A stretch of DNA of 64,000 bases from Vicugna vicugna. Its lineage: Eukaryota. Positions 1-12,387 of this stretch are shown here, one piece after another (the stretch's first letter is position 1; every line of letters starts with the position of its first letter). The translations under genes and the position numbers were made by a program. The stretch lies in assembly GCA_013265495.1 (NCBI GenBank), contig MU057801.1:2820765-2884764 (forward strand), in the 5' to 3' direction. A model generated the notes under the pieces. It saw only the letters and a program-made list of their open reading frames with translations. It was not told the origin of the DNA and searched no databases.

Positions 1-2288
1 TTTGCACAGAGGCCAACCTTCTGCCGTCTCCCTCACACTTGCGGGGGAAGACGTCCGAGGGGCCAGAGGCTGGGCTCTGCAAAGCTCTGAGGAAGGGTGA
101 GCCTCTTCTGAGGCGTCGGACAGCCAAGCAAAATGGTCAAGGCCGTCTGGGCGGAAATGCAGCCCCACCCTCTCCACTGGGCGAGGTGCACGTCTCCCTC
201 AGTTCGGCGTTTCAGAATGGAAGGACAGCTCTCCACGCAGCTGGAGAGTCGTTTGTTTAAACATGTGGAGTCCAGAAGCCAGAGAAAGCAGGGCCAGAGT
301 TAGGATCAGAGTCTGTAAGAGGGAATTATCGCAGTCTGCGTGAAGCCCTCGACCTCAGCCGCGTTTGGGTCCTGCAGGTGTGCGCAGCCGTGCGAGCTCA
401 CCAGCGTTGTGCCTGAGCCCTGGGCACGCCACTGTGTGTATACTAACCTAAACATAAATGCATGGTGAGCACGTGCATGCTGCTTTGTCCTGGAGGGCCG
501 TGCAGAAATCTGCAGCTTTGTGCCAAAAACTAACGGGTGGGTGGGCGGAGACGTGGTAAACCAGGCACACGGCCTAGGGCGCCGACTCGGCAGAGCCCAG
601 GTGCCGCGGGTGGGGTGTCACCGCCAGTTCTCTGGCATTTCCGTGTGTTTGAAGGTGCTCATGGTATGATGTCAGCCGAGAGAGGCCTGAGCAAAAGCAA
701 AAAGAGACAAAATGCTTGTACCATCGCTGAACCTACAGAAACGCTCCCTCCAGCCTTGAAGAGAGGAGAGCACCTTCCCTCCGGTGCCTCCCGGGTGACT
801 TTGCTCGCGGTTGTGTGTGCACCTCGGCTGCGCCCCAGCCTTGCACGTGGGGCTTGGCCCTTCCTGGCTCTTCTGCAGTGAGACAGCGGGTGTGTTTACG
901 AGAAGACTGAGGTTCGTCCCGCCGGGGGGTGTTAGGTCACAGGGAGGAAGGTTTTGGTTTTCTGTCCGTCAGTCTGTTTGGCCACAGACACTTCTTTCTT
1001 CTGGTTCCTTGTTCCTGTACCTCTCGCCATCCTGCTTAACAATTTAAAGGCAGTCCTCAGATGACAAGCGAGTGGTAAACTTGCCCCCGTCCCTCCCCGT
1101 TGTCCAGGGAGCCAGGCAGGCAGTGAGTGTGGCTGTAGCACATGGAAGCATGGTCCCTAAGCAGCCTTGGTGGCCAGACTGCCTGTCACGAGGGGTCTCT
1201 GGAGGGGAGACCCCATGCTTCTTGGATCTGGGAAGTGCTGCTTCTGCAGGCAGCTAACTCACTGGCCTGCTCTGGTGAGACAGCCAGGCTGGGATGCTGG
1301 CGTCTCATCGCATCCAGGGACAGGCCACCGGGAAGTCAGGTGGCAGGACAGTCCTGCTAGGAGCGCCCTGGAGCAGACCACGGTGAAGCAGCCACCATCC
1401 TAAGATGCTCGACGACCCAGCTGCTCTTTCTGGGGACCGGCCGTTAATTCACAGACCCCTCAAAATAACATACGTCGTCAAATTGGAAGAAAAAAGACTT
1501 GATCTCATTTAAATTTTAGTTAATTTGGATTCATAATTCTTCACTCACTGCCCAGACAAACTAATTTATTCCATCACTTGGAAGCAGAGAAAGTCCCCAG
1601 GGCGAAGGGAAGAGCAGCCCCACCAAACGCTGCTTCTCCAAGGCTGCTCGGGGCCGTGGGCTGCGTCTAACTTGTGGGAGTGGCTTTTCCGTATTTTCTG
1701 GTTTTAGGTGGCACTGGGTACAGTTTTGGGAAAATACGCTGCCTGGAGGAAGGCGCCACAGAGGTGGTGCCTTCCGGTGGTGTCTGGGCACCCATGGGTC
1801 TGTAAAGCCATTTTCAAAGCAGTGGACTTCCAGTGGTTTTTCGTTTACAGCAGCCTTACTGAGATATCACGTGGTTTTTAATGTATTTAAAGAGCAGGGC
1901 AACCATCCTCACTGTATTTCCAAAACATTTTCGTCACCCAGCGAGGAGACCCTCCCATTCACACCCCAGCCCCAGTGCCGGGCAACACTGTGTCTGTGAG
2001 GTGGCTTCCTGGACACGTGTGGATGGTCACCCAGGATGTGGCCTGTCCGTGTGGCGTGTCTAGACTTGTTCACGCTGCGTCTCAGGACTTCTTCCTGTTT
2101 ACTGCTAAGTTCAGGGCATCCTTAATGCCTTGCTACTTCGATGTATTTTTCTGAATTTGATGAGTTTTCTTGTTGAATAATCCTCGGTGTTCATTGTTAA
2201 ACACTCAGTTGTGCTGTAAGTAGGCCGCGGTTTTTGTTTCCATGCTGGTCGGCGTCCCCAGGACCCACCTGCTGTGGGTCCCTTGCAG

Positions 2289-2420
2289 GTGGAGGAGGCC
2301 GACGACTGGCTGCGCTACGGCAACCCCTGGGAGAAGGCCCGGCCGGAATACACGCTCCCGGTGCACTTCTACGGGAGGGTGGAGCACGGCCCCGAGGGCG
2401 TGCGGTGGCTGGACACGCAG
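2289..2420 (+). CDS. PYGB: Brain glycogen phosphorylase exon 5 (first exon in window; exons 1-4 lie upstream)
   Basis: ttgcag|GTG...CAG|gtatcg; 132 nt; [44 protein letters not shown]. Confidence 0.96.
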
Positions 2421-3914
2421 GTATCGCGGGGCGTGGTGGGGGCAGCGTGGCTGGGGTGGCGTGGCGGCGTGGCACCAGGCTGCAGACAGTGGGAGACGCT
2501 GACTGAGCTGCCCTTCACAGTGTAGTCAGTGTTGCGTTGGGTCGAGACCCGCAGTGGTGTAACGACAGGCAGGATGGTCCTGCGCAGGGACAGGCACTGA
2601 CACCTGGGTGTGACCGGCCCCTGGCTCTCAGTCATGTCCCCCAGGGCAACTCGCCAGTAATTCTGAGCTGTCGGAGCCCTGGGCATGTGGGGCCTTGGGT
2701 GGATGTCCTAGAATGGAGCGCCCCCACCCCATTGGGCCCTTTGGGGGAACCAGGGTAGGAGCACCGAGCACTTGGCAGAGGGGGTGTATTGGCTGCAGTG
2801 GGCACCGGTAAAGGGCGCATGTCTCGGGGCATAGAGCAGGCAAAGAGGCTTCACGGCAGGGTGGCCACGGTGAGGGAGGAACCTCTGTCGGCCCGTGGGG
2901 TGGGCAGCTGAGCGAAAATGGGGCGGGTCCATGTGGCCTGGGAAGTCATGGGCATGCAAGAGTGAGTCGTCCGGGTTCTCTGCAGCGTAAGTGATCCGTC
3001 AGTCTGGCACCTGGGCCAGAGCGGCTGGTGGCCTTGGAGTGCTGTGATGAGCTGTGTTTGATTTGAAAAAGCAAGAGTGGTGTCTGGTTTTCCAGCTGAA
3101 TCCACTCGTGGAAGAGGGGGTGTGGGGTGTATGAGGAGGCCCAGGCCGCCGGCATCCCACGCGGATAAGACGAGGGCCTCAGCCTGGAGGGCGGGCTTGC
3201 CCAGGCAGGGGTAGGGGCTGGGGGCAGTGGGTCGAGGAGAGGCGAGGAGGGAGGGTGACGCTGGGGCTTCACCTCGAGGCTGTGTCCCAGGGCCCTTTGT
3301 GGCTGTCAGGACCGCTTTAGCTCGTGGAGCTGCATGGAAGCACCACCACAAGCTGGCCAGAATCCAAGGGTCCGAGGGCAGAAGTGACCCTGAGGCTTGT
3401 GCCCCTCTTCCTGAGCTTGGTGGGAGCAAGGCTGAGGCTCCTGGGCAGGTGGGATGGGGAGGGAGGGGGCGGCCTTCTTGGGGGGGAGCAGGTGCAGTGT
3501 GTTCTGTTGGGAGGGGCTGTGAGGCTGGCTGGGTTCTGCTGAGGGTTCGAGGTCAAGGCTTGTGGCAGGAGGGGATGTGGGACATGGGTCGAAACAAGTT
3601 GTCTGTGGGCAGGAGGTTGCTCAGGCAGTGCTGAGTGAGAAGATGGCAGGCGGGACCGGGCGCGTGGGAGGAGTGGCTGCTGGGGATGGAAGCAGGCAGA
3701 GCTCGACAAGGGAGGCTGACGGGGAGTGGAGTCAGGCTCACCCCCGGCTGCCTCATGTGCTCCTAGCTCGGGACGTGGGGCGGGTGGGCAGGCCAGCATT
3801 GCGCCGGGCAGGCTGGGCCTATTCTGAGCAGGAGCGGCCACGGAGGCAGAGGCAGCCTGCGGCTTCCAGAGGGCGGCAGGCGACCAGGCCTGCGGACCAT
3901 GTCTTCGTCCGCAG

Positions 3915-4026
3915 GTGGTGCTGGCCATGCCCTACGACACGCCGGTGCCCGGCTACAAGAGCGACACCGTCAACACCATGAGACTGTGGTCTGCCAAGGC
4001 ACCCAATGACTTCAAGCTGCACGACT
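3915..4026 (+). CDS. PYGB: PYGB exon 6
   Basis: ccgcag|GTG...GACT|gtgcgt; 112 nt; [37 protein letters not shown]. Confidence 0.96.
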
Positions 4027-4300
4027 GTGCGTCCCCTCCTGTCCCCATCTTGGGGGGGCCGACCCCAGACTTGTCGTGAGCTTCACTCACACACAGAGCC
4101 TGTGAGGGAGGGCTTCCCGGGGACCCCATGCCCTCCAGAAAGAGCCAGGGGCCTCGCTGGGTGTGGGAGGGCAGCCCTGCAGCTCCAGGCGCCTCCTGCT
4201 CAGGAGTGCTTGTCCTTAGGCTGATGGGGAGAAACCACAGCGCCAGGGCCGGAGGAGCCTTGGCCGGCGGGTGGGTCCTGACCCCCGTCTCTGCCCTCAG

Positions 4301-4383
4301 TCAACGTGGGTGGCTACATCGAGGCGGTCCTGGACAGGAATCTGGCCGAGAACATCTCCAGAGTCCTGTATCCCAACGACAAC
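4301..4383 (+). CDS. PYGB: PYGB exon 7
   Basis: cctcag|TC...AAC|gtgagt; 83 nt; (F)[27 protein letters not shown]. Confidence 0.96.
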
Positions 4384-5215
4384 GTGAGTGGCTCCGTCCC
4401 TCCCACATGTCCGCTGAGGCCTGTGAGCAGGTCCAGAAGGCTGGGCACCGTGGCCTCTCCTCTACCCTCTGCCCAGGAGAGCTCCTGGAGGTTTTTGGCC
4501 TTACACCTCCTTCCCTGTAAACACCGGCCACCCCGCACTCTGCAGGCTGCCCCGTGCGGGGCCGCGGAGCCATCAGACCCCTACCCGGCTGGTTTCTGCT
4601 CTTGTTCCCCTGAGGCCAGTTCCCTGAGAGTTGGGTGATGTGTGTCGGGTGGGGTCAGCGGTCCTCGTGTTGCAGTGATGCTTTGAGATGTGTGACGGTC
4701 ACTGACAAGCTCTTAACGTGCGCCCACCATGTGCGAGGGGAGGGCGTCCCAGCCACTCCTCCACTGCCACCAAACAAGCTGCCAGACGAGCCTTGGAGTC
4801 TGCCCGGCTCAGTGGGTCATGTGCTTTTTCATTTTGTCAGAGAAACATGTGCTCTCCGTAGCTGAGGGCACCGGGCTCCAAGGCTCACAGGAAGGTCACC
4901 CCGCCCCCAACTCGGGAGGGTCCAGCAGCTGCCCACGCTTCCGGCGGGAGGCGTTCCGGAACGCCGCGCTTGGGAGAGGGCGTCCCAGCCCCGGCCCTTC
5001 CCTGTCCTTGTTCAGGGCACTGCGGCCCCTGCCGGCTGCCCCCACAGCCCCTCCCCGACTGCAGGTCACACACAGGCTGGGCCCTGGAGCCTCGGGTCCC
5101 CTGACCGTGCCCGGGCCCTGCTCTCTGTGCCGCTCGCGCCTCCATGCCCCCCGCCGGCCGGAGGCCCGCGCGGCCGGAGGCTGGGCCGCGGTGCCAGAGC
5201 TGCGCGTGTCTGCAG

Positions 5216-5359
5216 TTCTTCGAGGGCAAGGAGCTGCGGCTGAAGCAGGAGTACTTTGCCGTGGCCGCCACCCTCCAGGACATCGTCCGGCGCTTCAAGT
5301 CCTCCAAGTTCGGCTGCCGCGACCCCGTGAGGACCTGTTTCGACACCTTCCCAGACAAG
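5216..5359 (+). CDS. PYGB: PYGB exon 8
   Basis: ctgcag|TTC...AAG|gtgtgt; 144 nt; [48 protein letters not shown] ([10 protein letters not shown] is typical of the brain isoform). Confidence 0.96.
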
Positions 5360-5774
5360 GTGTGTTTGTCAACTGGTGAGCTCGGTGCCGAAGGGCTGTT
5401 CGCAGGTGGGGCTGCCTCCCCTCGGCGGTGGGAGGGCCAGGCAGAGCAGGCTGCGCTGGGCTCGTGGGCCTCGAGGCCGTCCGGGACGCCGGGAGAGGCC
5501 TCCTCGGGCACAGCAGAGGGATTTGCAGGCTCAGTTCAGCGACTTAAACAGTCTGCAAGTGTATCCCAGGCGGCGGCAGCGTTCCAGGCAGGGGGCCCCA
5601 GGTGCCTGCTGCCGAGCCGCCCCTGCTCCCCGACCAGTCTCCACGCCGGCCCGGTGCCGGGCCGGGCTGTCTGCTTCCTGCTGTCGGCCCTGTGACCAGC
5701 TCCCCGGGGCGGGCGGCTGAGGACCCCACTTCTACACATGCCAACCGTGGGCCCCCCACGGGCTGTGAATGCAG

Positions 5775-5867
5775 GTGGCCATCCAGCTGAACGACACGCA
5801 CCCAGCCCTTGCCATCCCCGAGCTCATGCGGATCCTGGTGGATGTGGAGAGAGTGGACTGGGACAAG
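5775..5867 (+). CDS. PYGB: PYGB exon 9
   Basis: atgcag|GTG...AAG|gtgagc; 93 nt; [31 protein letters not shown]. Confidence 0.95.
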
Positions 5868-6728
5868 GTGAGCACTGGGGACAAGTGTGCAGGGCAGTGT
5901 CCCGGGAGTGCTGTCCCCGCCCCCTCGGCCCCCCCGGGAGCTGCCCTTCAAGCCTGTCCCGACAGCACTCGTGGGTACTGAGCTCGTCCTGGGACGCGGG
6001 GGCCTTGGGAGCACAGAGGGACGTTATCCCTGGGAGACAGGGTCGTGGGAGCGGGTGCGGGGTTTCCCCCAAGGAACCGGGACACTGAGTGAGAGCAGAA
6101 GTGAAAGGCTACCGAGGAGTGACTTTCTGGACGCCAGGAAGAGGATGCTGGCACTGGCCAGAGCCTCTGCCTGCATTCTCTCATCTTGGAACTGGGGCAA
6201 GAACAGCCCGCAGGGTTAGGTTTGACGGAATGCGTGGCTCGCGTGTTCATAGGCACTTTATAGGCTTGAGTGTTTCCCTAACTCAGTTTCCTTTGGTTCT
6301 GGGTTTTCTCGAGCTTGTTGAATTGAATCAACACGTGAAACTGCTTCACCCAGTGTTTTTTGCACGCGGAGCCCTTTCTGGTCTCTGGTGTGGGGAGCAC
6401 TTCCGGGCGGGCTGGCAGGTCCTGCTCGCTCCCGGCCCGCGGAGGGCGAGTGCCCTCAGCACTGAGCGTGGGGCCAGCTTGGTGGGAGTTAAAGCTGCCC
6501 AGCGCTGCGCCCGGTTCGCAGTGACTCCCGGTAGCGGGGAGGCCGCGTCGCTGGGCCTGGACGTAAGGGGCACGTGGGTCGATATGGAAAGTGACGGGCC
6601 CGCTGTGGGTTCGGGAGGCTCCAGGCCGCAGAGAGCAGAGCGTGCGTCTGGACCCCGGCCTCTGCCCTGGCTCCTGGCAGAGAGCTGCTGTCTCCCAAAG
6701 GAAGCACTGGGTGTCCCGCATGTTCTAG

Positions 6729-6875
6729 GCCTGGGAGGTCACGAGGAAGACCTGCGCCTACACCAACCACACGGTGCTGCCCGAGGCCTTGGAGCGCTGG
6801 CCCGTGCCCATGTTTGAGAAGCTGCTGCCCCGGCACCTGGAGATCATCTACGCCCTCAACCAGCAGCACCTGGAC
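6729..6875 (+). CDS. PYGB: PYGB exon 10
   Basis: ttctag|GCC...GAC|gtgagt; 147 nt; [49 protein letters not shown]. Confidence 0.96.
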
Positions 6876-7525
6876 GTGAGTGCCGGTCCAGCCCCCCTGA
6901 GCTGACCGGGGCGCCGACAGGCCCCCCCGCCCTGGGCTTTACTTCCTGACCTGAGTAGCCTCTGCAGCAGAGGCCTTTGGGCTGGGGGCGTCCCTTGGCA
7001 GAGCTGCTGGCCGGAGTACACTCGTCTTGGCCCCTGCCGTGTGTGTGGGAGTCATGGGTTGAGGTCTTTCTAAAACGTTCCCATCTCCGGGCTGGGTTCA
7101 GATGTAAGTGTCTGAGCTCCTGGAATGCCAGAGGCGTTTGTCCTGAGACGTCACAGCAGCATCTGGGTGATCTGGAACGAAGCACCGTTTGCCTTTTCCG
7201 TTACTTCCAGAGAGGACGGTGGTCCAGGACCAGGGGAACTTAGCACTCAGGCGTGCTCACAGTCCATTTTTCTAACCTTCTGGATGACAGTGGCAGTTCC
7301 CACTGGTCAGGATGTGGCTGCGCCCTGCCGGGCCAGCGGGGACCACACCCTCTGTTCCTGGACATCGCTCGGCATGTCCTGGGCATCCGGGCCTCCTGTC
7401 TCCTCCCACAGGGCAGCCCCGCCAGGTCTGCAGTCTGGACCCCTGCTGCCCTCGGGGTGGACGTGTGCTGGGGTCTGCCCGGGGTCTGGGCTGCAGCCAC
7501 CCTGCTCTTGGCTGTGTCCCGGCAG

Positions 7526-7689
7526 CGTGTGGCCGCCCTGTTCCCTGGGGACGTGGACCGCCTGCGGAGGATGTCCGTGATCGAGGAGGGGGACTGCAAG
7601 CGCATCAACATGGCCCACCTGTGTGTCATCGGGTCCCACGCTGTCAACGGCGTGGCCAGGATCCACTCGGAGATTGTGAAGCAGTCGGT
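7526..7689 (+). CDS. PYGB: PYGB exon 11
   Basis: cggcag|CGT...GGT|gtgagt; 164 nt; [54 protein letters not shown]. Confidence 0.96.
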
Positions 7690-8374
7690 GTGAGTGGCCC
7701 GCACTTCCCGCTGCCTCTGATCCCAGGCCGGCCATCCTCAGTGCAGTGGCCGAGGCCAGCGTCAGGGAGCCAAGCCCTCTTGTCACCAGGCGGTCCTCTG
7801 TCTGCATTCTCCGTCTGTCCAGGCGGAGGCTCCTGCCTGGGGACTAGTGTCCCGGCCGGGACGGGGCAGGTCAGGTGTGACAGGCTGGGGCTCGTCCGAG
7901 AGGAAGGAGGAGTTTGTAGCTCAGATTCTGTGCCTCCACCCTCCTTGGCGGGAGGGGATCTCGGCGCACCTCCCATGAGCGCCTGGCCGCCTCTACAGGT
8001 GTGTGTGCGGAGGCCACCCCGTGGTCCCGGTGCTGCCCTGGGGCCTCGCCTGGGGCCGTTTCGTCCCCACTGCAGACTTCTCTGCGGGGGGTGGTCCTCA
8101 TCTTACAGGCAAGGATGCTGAGCCCTGGGCTCTCAGGCTCTAAGGCCTGCCCACTGCCCACTGCCGTGACCACGGGAGGTGGCCAGGCTCCAGCCCATCC
8201 AGCGCGGACGTGGGTGAAAGGCAGTGCCGCCTGCCCACAGGCTTCCCGGCGTGCAGAGGTGCCGCCTGCCCTGGCTGCCGGGAGGCCGGGCGGGCGGGCT
8301 GGGCCCCTTCGAAGGATCTGCGCCTCTTGCTCAAATCAGCCTTTGTGGCAGTTACCTGTTTTCTGTGTTCTTAG

Positions 8375-8489
8375 CTTTAAGGATTTCTATGAGCTGGAGC
8401 CAGAGAAGTTCCAGAACAAGACGAACGGCATCACGCCCCGGCGCTGGCTGCTGCTGTGTAACCCGGGGCTGGCTGACACCATCGTGGAG
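8375..8489 (+). CDS. PYGB: PYGB exon 12
   Basis: tcttag|CTTT...GAG|gtaaga; 115 nt; [38 protein letters not shown]. Confidence 0.96.
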
Positions 8490-9308
8490 GTAAGATGGCA
8501 CCTCCGAGCCCAGCGCCTGCAGGTGCCTTGCAGTTGGGACGCCCGGCGAGGGAGGGCTGGGCTGGGCAGTCGGTCAGCAGCCCCAGTAGCCGGTGCCAGA
8601 GCTGAGAGGTGAGGTCCTGGGCCCAGGCCGGCTGCCAACCTGAGGCCTTCGTGAGCCGGACACGTGGTCGCTACCGACTTGCTGACTTGCTCGCTCAGGA
8701 AGGCAGGTGCCGGGCCGCGGGCTGGACCTGGGCCTGCAGCTGGTGGCGGTGGGGGTGGGCCTGGGACGAGGGCTGCATGTCAGGGCGGGCTTCCCCAAGA
8801 GGGACGGACGGCAGAGCTGAGGTCTCAGAGCTGACGGGAGGCGGCTGGGAGCAGCGCTGCAGGGGCAGCGAGTCTCTGCTCCAGGGCCCTGTGCGGGGGA
8901 CACGGCCCGCCCGGGACTGGCCAGCGCGGCCTCGGTGCCGGGCCAGGCTGCGGAGACGGCCCGGTGTCGGGAGGCCAGGAGTTTTCCTCTGGGTCGTAAA
9001 TGAGCAACAGGGAGGTTGGGTGGGGCGTGCCGTGGGACGCTGGTCTGGAAGCAGCTCCCACTGGTGTGAAGGGGTGCCCAGGCCCGGCTGGGGTACGGGG
9101 GGTAGCTGAAAGGCCCCGTCCAGTCGGCTGGGGTGGGTGCAAGCCTGGGGGTGCTTTGAGACGGCAGTCTCCTGCGTTTGCAGTGGACGCGTCCACCGTC
9201 GAGACTTGACCGGCCTCGCTGCGCAGTGCTCCCTGGGGGACCGGGGAAGGAGGGCAGAGCTGAGGGTGAAGGAGGTGTGAAACCACATGTCCCTTTACTG
9301 TTCTGCAG

Positions 9309-9410
9309 AGGATCGGGGAGGGTTTCCTGACCGACCTGAGCCAGCTGAGGAAGCTGCTGCCGCTGGCGGGCGATGAGGCCCTCATCAGGGACGTGGCCCA
9401 GGTCAAGCAG
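9309..9410 (+). CDS. PYGB: PYGB exon 13
   Basis: ctgcag|AGG...CAG|gtgggc; 102 nt; [34 protein letters not shown]. Confidence 0.95.
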
Positions 9411-9779
9411 GTGGGCAGTGTGGCCCGGCCGGGGCCACCCCGTCACCTCCCAGAGGGGCTGCTGGCCCCTGTGCAGAGCTCGTGCGGGGGAGCACACGGG
9501 GTCCACGCTGGTCCTGTTTCCGCACGTGGATGCTGTAGGGGGCGGCCTCCCCTGCGGAGCACGCGGCCTGGCCTTGGGGCCGGAAGTGGCCCTTCGTGTG
9601 GCCTCTTCCCCCATCGGCCCGCCTCCATTCTCTGCTGGTCTGACCCTCAGCACCTCCCAGGTCTGCTTTCCTGTTTGTCTGGCGTTTGGGCAGGTCCACT
9701 TTCGGAACTACGCTTCCCCATGTCCCTCAGGGGCTCGGCCCCAGGAACTGTCCCACCACCCTTCCCTCCGCTTTCCCAG

Positions 9780-9927
9780 GAGAACAAGGCGAAGTTCGCC
9801 GCCTTCCTAGAGCAGGAGTACAAGGTGAAGGTCAGCCCCTCCTCCATGTTCGACGTGCACGTCAAGAGGATCCACGAGTACAAGCGGCAGCTGCTGAACT
9901 GCCTGCACGTGGTCACTCTGTATAACC
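9780..9927 (+). CDS. PYGB: PYGB exon 14
   Basis: tcccag|GAG...AACC|gtgagt; 148 nt; [49 protein letters not shown]. Confidence 0.96.
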
Positions 9928-9998
9928 GTGAGTGTCCCCCTCCATGTGGTCACTCTGTATGACTTGTGTCCCTCCACACGTGGTCACCCTGTACGACT
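9906..9998 (+). repeat. Three degenerate tandem copies of the PYGB exon 14 3' end / donor region
   Basis: cacgtggtcactctgtataac (9906), catgtggtcactctgtatgac (9943), cacgtggtcaccctgtacgac (9977). Confidence 0.9.
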
Positions 9999-12328
9999 GA
10001 CTGGGACCTAGATCCCTTCCTTGCGCGGTTGGTTGAGGGGGCGATACTGCTTTCTGAGTGGGGACCTCCTGTTTCCCTGTGTTCAGTACAGAGCAGCCCA
10101 GGGGCTGCGCCGGCTCAGGTGGGGGCCTGCGGGCCCTCGGACGCACTCACTTTAAATTTAGTAATGATCGATGTTAAAGTTACTTGGAAATACTTCACTT
10201 AGCAGAGGCGGCATTTCAAGTTCACTCACTGGAGCTGGAGAGCATTTGTATCTCTACACCTTGGACTATTTAAGCACATCTGATCATGAAGCAGACGTGG
10301 ATCAGAGACCCCCAGAAAGTAAATATGCTCGTTTGCTTGTTCTTTAAATAAGGAAATAGAGCCTTAAGGAAAAATCTTCGCTTTAACACTCTGTAATGCA
10401 GTGAAGTGGAAGGTGGGAACCACAAACAGCCTCCCAGACGCAGTGCTCCCAAGAAGTCAGATCTCCCATGGCCAGGAGTGGGCCTCCGTCCCGGGGGAGC
10501 CGGTCACTCGTGAGGCAGACGTGACAGGACAGATGCCGATCAGGGTGGATTTGGCTCCGACCTGAGGGGTCATCTCCCCAGCCAGACGCAGCTGCTCAGA
10601 GACAGGTTTTGGGCTCCTCGCCGCGGTTTTCTTTTGTGCTCTTGATTTTCTGCACTTTCTCTGTCGTTGCCCTAGTGGTGTCCCGAGTGCCCTGCTGGGT
10701 GGCCCTCCCTCCATCCCTGCAGCGGTCAGACGGGGCGGTCGGCCTGTGTGCACACACCACGTCCGCGCTGCTCCGCCGGCCTCCCGTGACCTGCCTGGTC
10801 TGTCTGCTGTGAGCGCGTCCAGTCTCTTGCAGAGCCGTCTGCCTGCTTCCCTGTTGTCCACACACCACTTGCAGGAGTGGAGCCCGAGGCCTCACGTGTG
10901 CAGGGCAGCCGGTGGCCTCTCAGGAAGGACGCTCGGCCGAGGCCGACATTCGCTGGGCCGTGCGCCGTGCGCCTTGGTCTTAGGGGAGCGGTTTGCTCGG
11001 CTGTGCTGGCTGGTGGGTCAGTTTTCCTGATGCTCGGGGCCTCTCGGCGTGCTGGTTGGTACCAGCACATGTTACTTCTAGACGTTGCCTTGAAGGGCAG
11101 CTAGACGCCTGGTGCTCTTGTGCTGGGGCTCCGGCGAGCTGGGGGCTGGGCTTCTGCCGCCGCCGCCTCCCTGCCTGTTGATTTCTCTCTGGCATTTTCT
11201 GCAGGTCCTTCCTTTTCTGTTTCATGTCTGCTGTGTCCCCGCGAGTCTCCCCTCCCTCGTGGCTTCTGTGCTCGGCCTGCACTCTGTGGGGCGGTTCTGC
11301 TGTCCCATCCGCGGTGACAGTCACAGGTTGGAGACTTGTAGGCCGGCTGGTCCCTTGTCCCGCGTCTGCAGCAAAGCTGTGTGGCCGCTCGTTCCTGGGG
11401 GAGCTGCCTCAGGACCCCTTCGCAGGGCCTCCCCACCCCGCGACACCTCCGCCGTAGTCCAAGTCCTGGAGGCCCAGGAAGGCCCTGCCTCTGTCCACCA
11501 GAATGTCCAGGACGCCTTCCGAGGGTGCCCTGTGGGGGGCCCTGCTGAGGTCTCCCTGCACTGCCCCCAGGATGCTGGGGATTCCTGAGCCCCGAGTCCA
11601 CGGCCCGTCTTCCCCCCATTCCAGGACCAGGCAGACCTTGCTCGATGCTCTGCAATTAACAGATTTTTCTTCTCTACTAGTTACTGTAAAAGTGTAGTTT
11701 GTGGGTTTGGGGTTTTTCCTATTCTCCGTGTTATTCTGTCTGCTGTCTGAAAGCGGGAAGATTCAGAACTGAGGGACAGTTGTGTTCCTGCTGGAACCTG
11801 AAGTCAGGTGTTAAGACTGGCCCCGGCCCTTTACTGGTTCCTGTAAATCACAGGGCTGACCCGTCTCCCTGGCGAGCGCTGTACGCCACCCCCCACCGTC
11901 TGCCCTGCGCAGGGGAGGCCCGGGGGCTTCTCACCTCTGCCCCAGCAAGGGAAGGGGCGTGGGGTCTCACTGATGCCCCTCAAGGCTGATGGTGAATTTC
12001 CAGAACCCCTGGGTCACCTGTCTTTCAAGTGCCCGCCACGTGCAAGGGCCCTCAGTGTGGTGACCAGAGCGGCTCCTGTGTTGGGTGGTTCTGGAAACAA
12101 AGGTGCAGCTTCTCCACTGAGCTTCTTGGAAGCACCTCTTCCTGGCTGGCCTTCTGTGCTGACCTGGACCAAGTGTAGGACGGGGGAGCCAGCCCCCTTG
12201 TCCGTGGGGTTCCTGGTTCAGCAGCGCCTGCCTCAGGCTGAGCTCTGAGGACACTGGTCCCCACGGCCTGTGCCAGGGCTCCGGCGCGTCCGGCTGCAGG
12301 GGCCTCACCTGGCCTTGTCGTCCTGCAG

Positions 12329-12387
12329 GGATAAAGAAGGACCCGGCCCAGGCCGTTGTACCCAGGACTGTCATGATCGGGGGCAAG
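12329..12387 (+). CDS. PYGB: PYGB exon 15
   Basis: ctgcag|GG...AAG|gtgagg; 59 nt; (R)IKKDPAQAVVPRTVMIGGK. Confidence 0.95.

Noticed and set aside
2425..2475. GCGTGG/G-run repeats after the exon 5 donor, and many other G-quadruplex-capable runs
   Set aside because: Short and common at this GC content; nothing distinguishes them from background
4930..5720. CpG-dense stretch around PYGB exon 8 as a possible internal promoter island
   Set aside because: CpG richness extends through most of the first 40 kb, so it is better explained by regional composition; no other promoter evidence
9906..9998. CRISPR-like short repeats with spacers
   Set aside because: Eukaryotic intron; repeats are copies of exon sequence, the intervening bases are related to each other, and there are no cas genes
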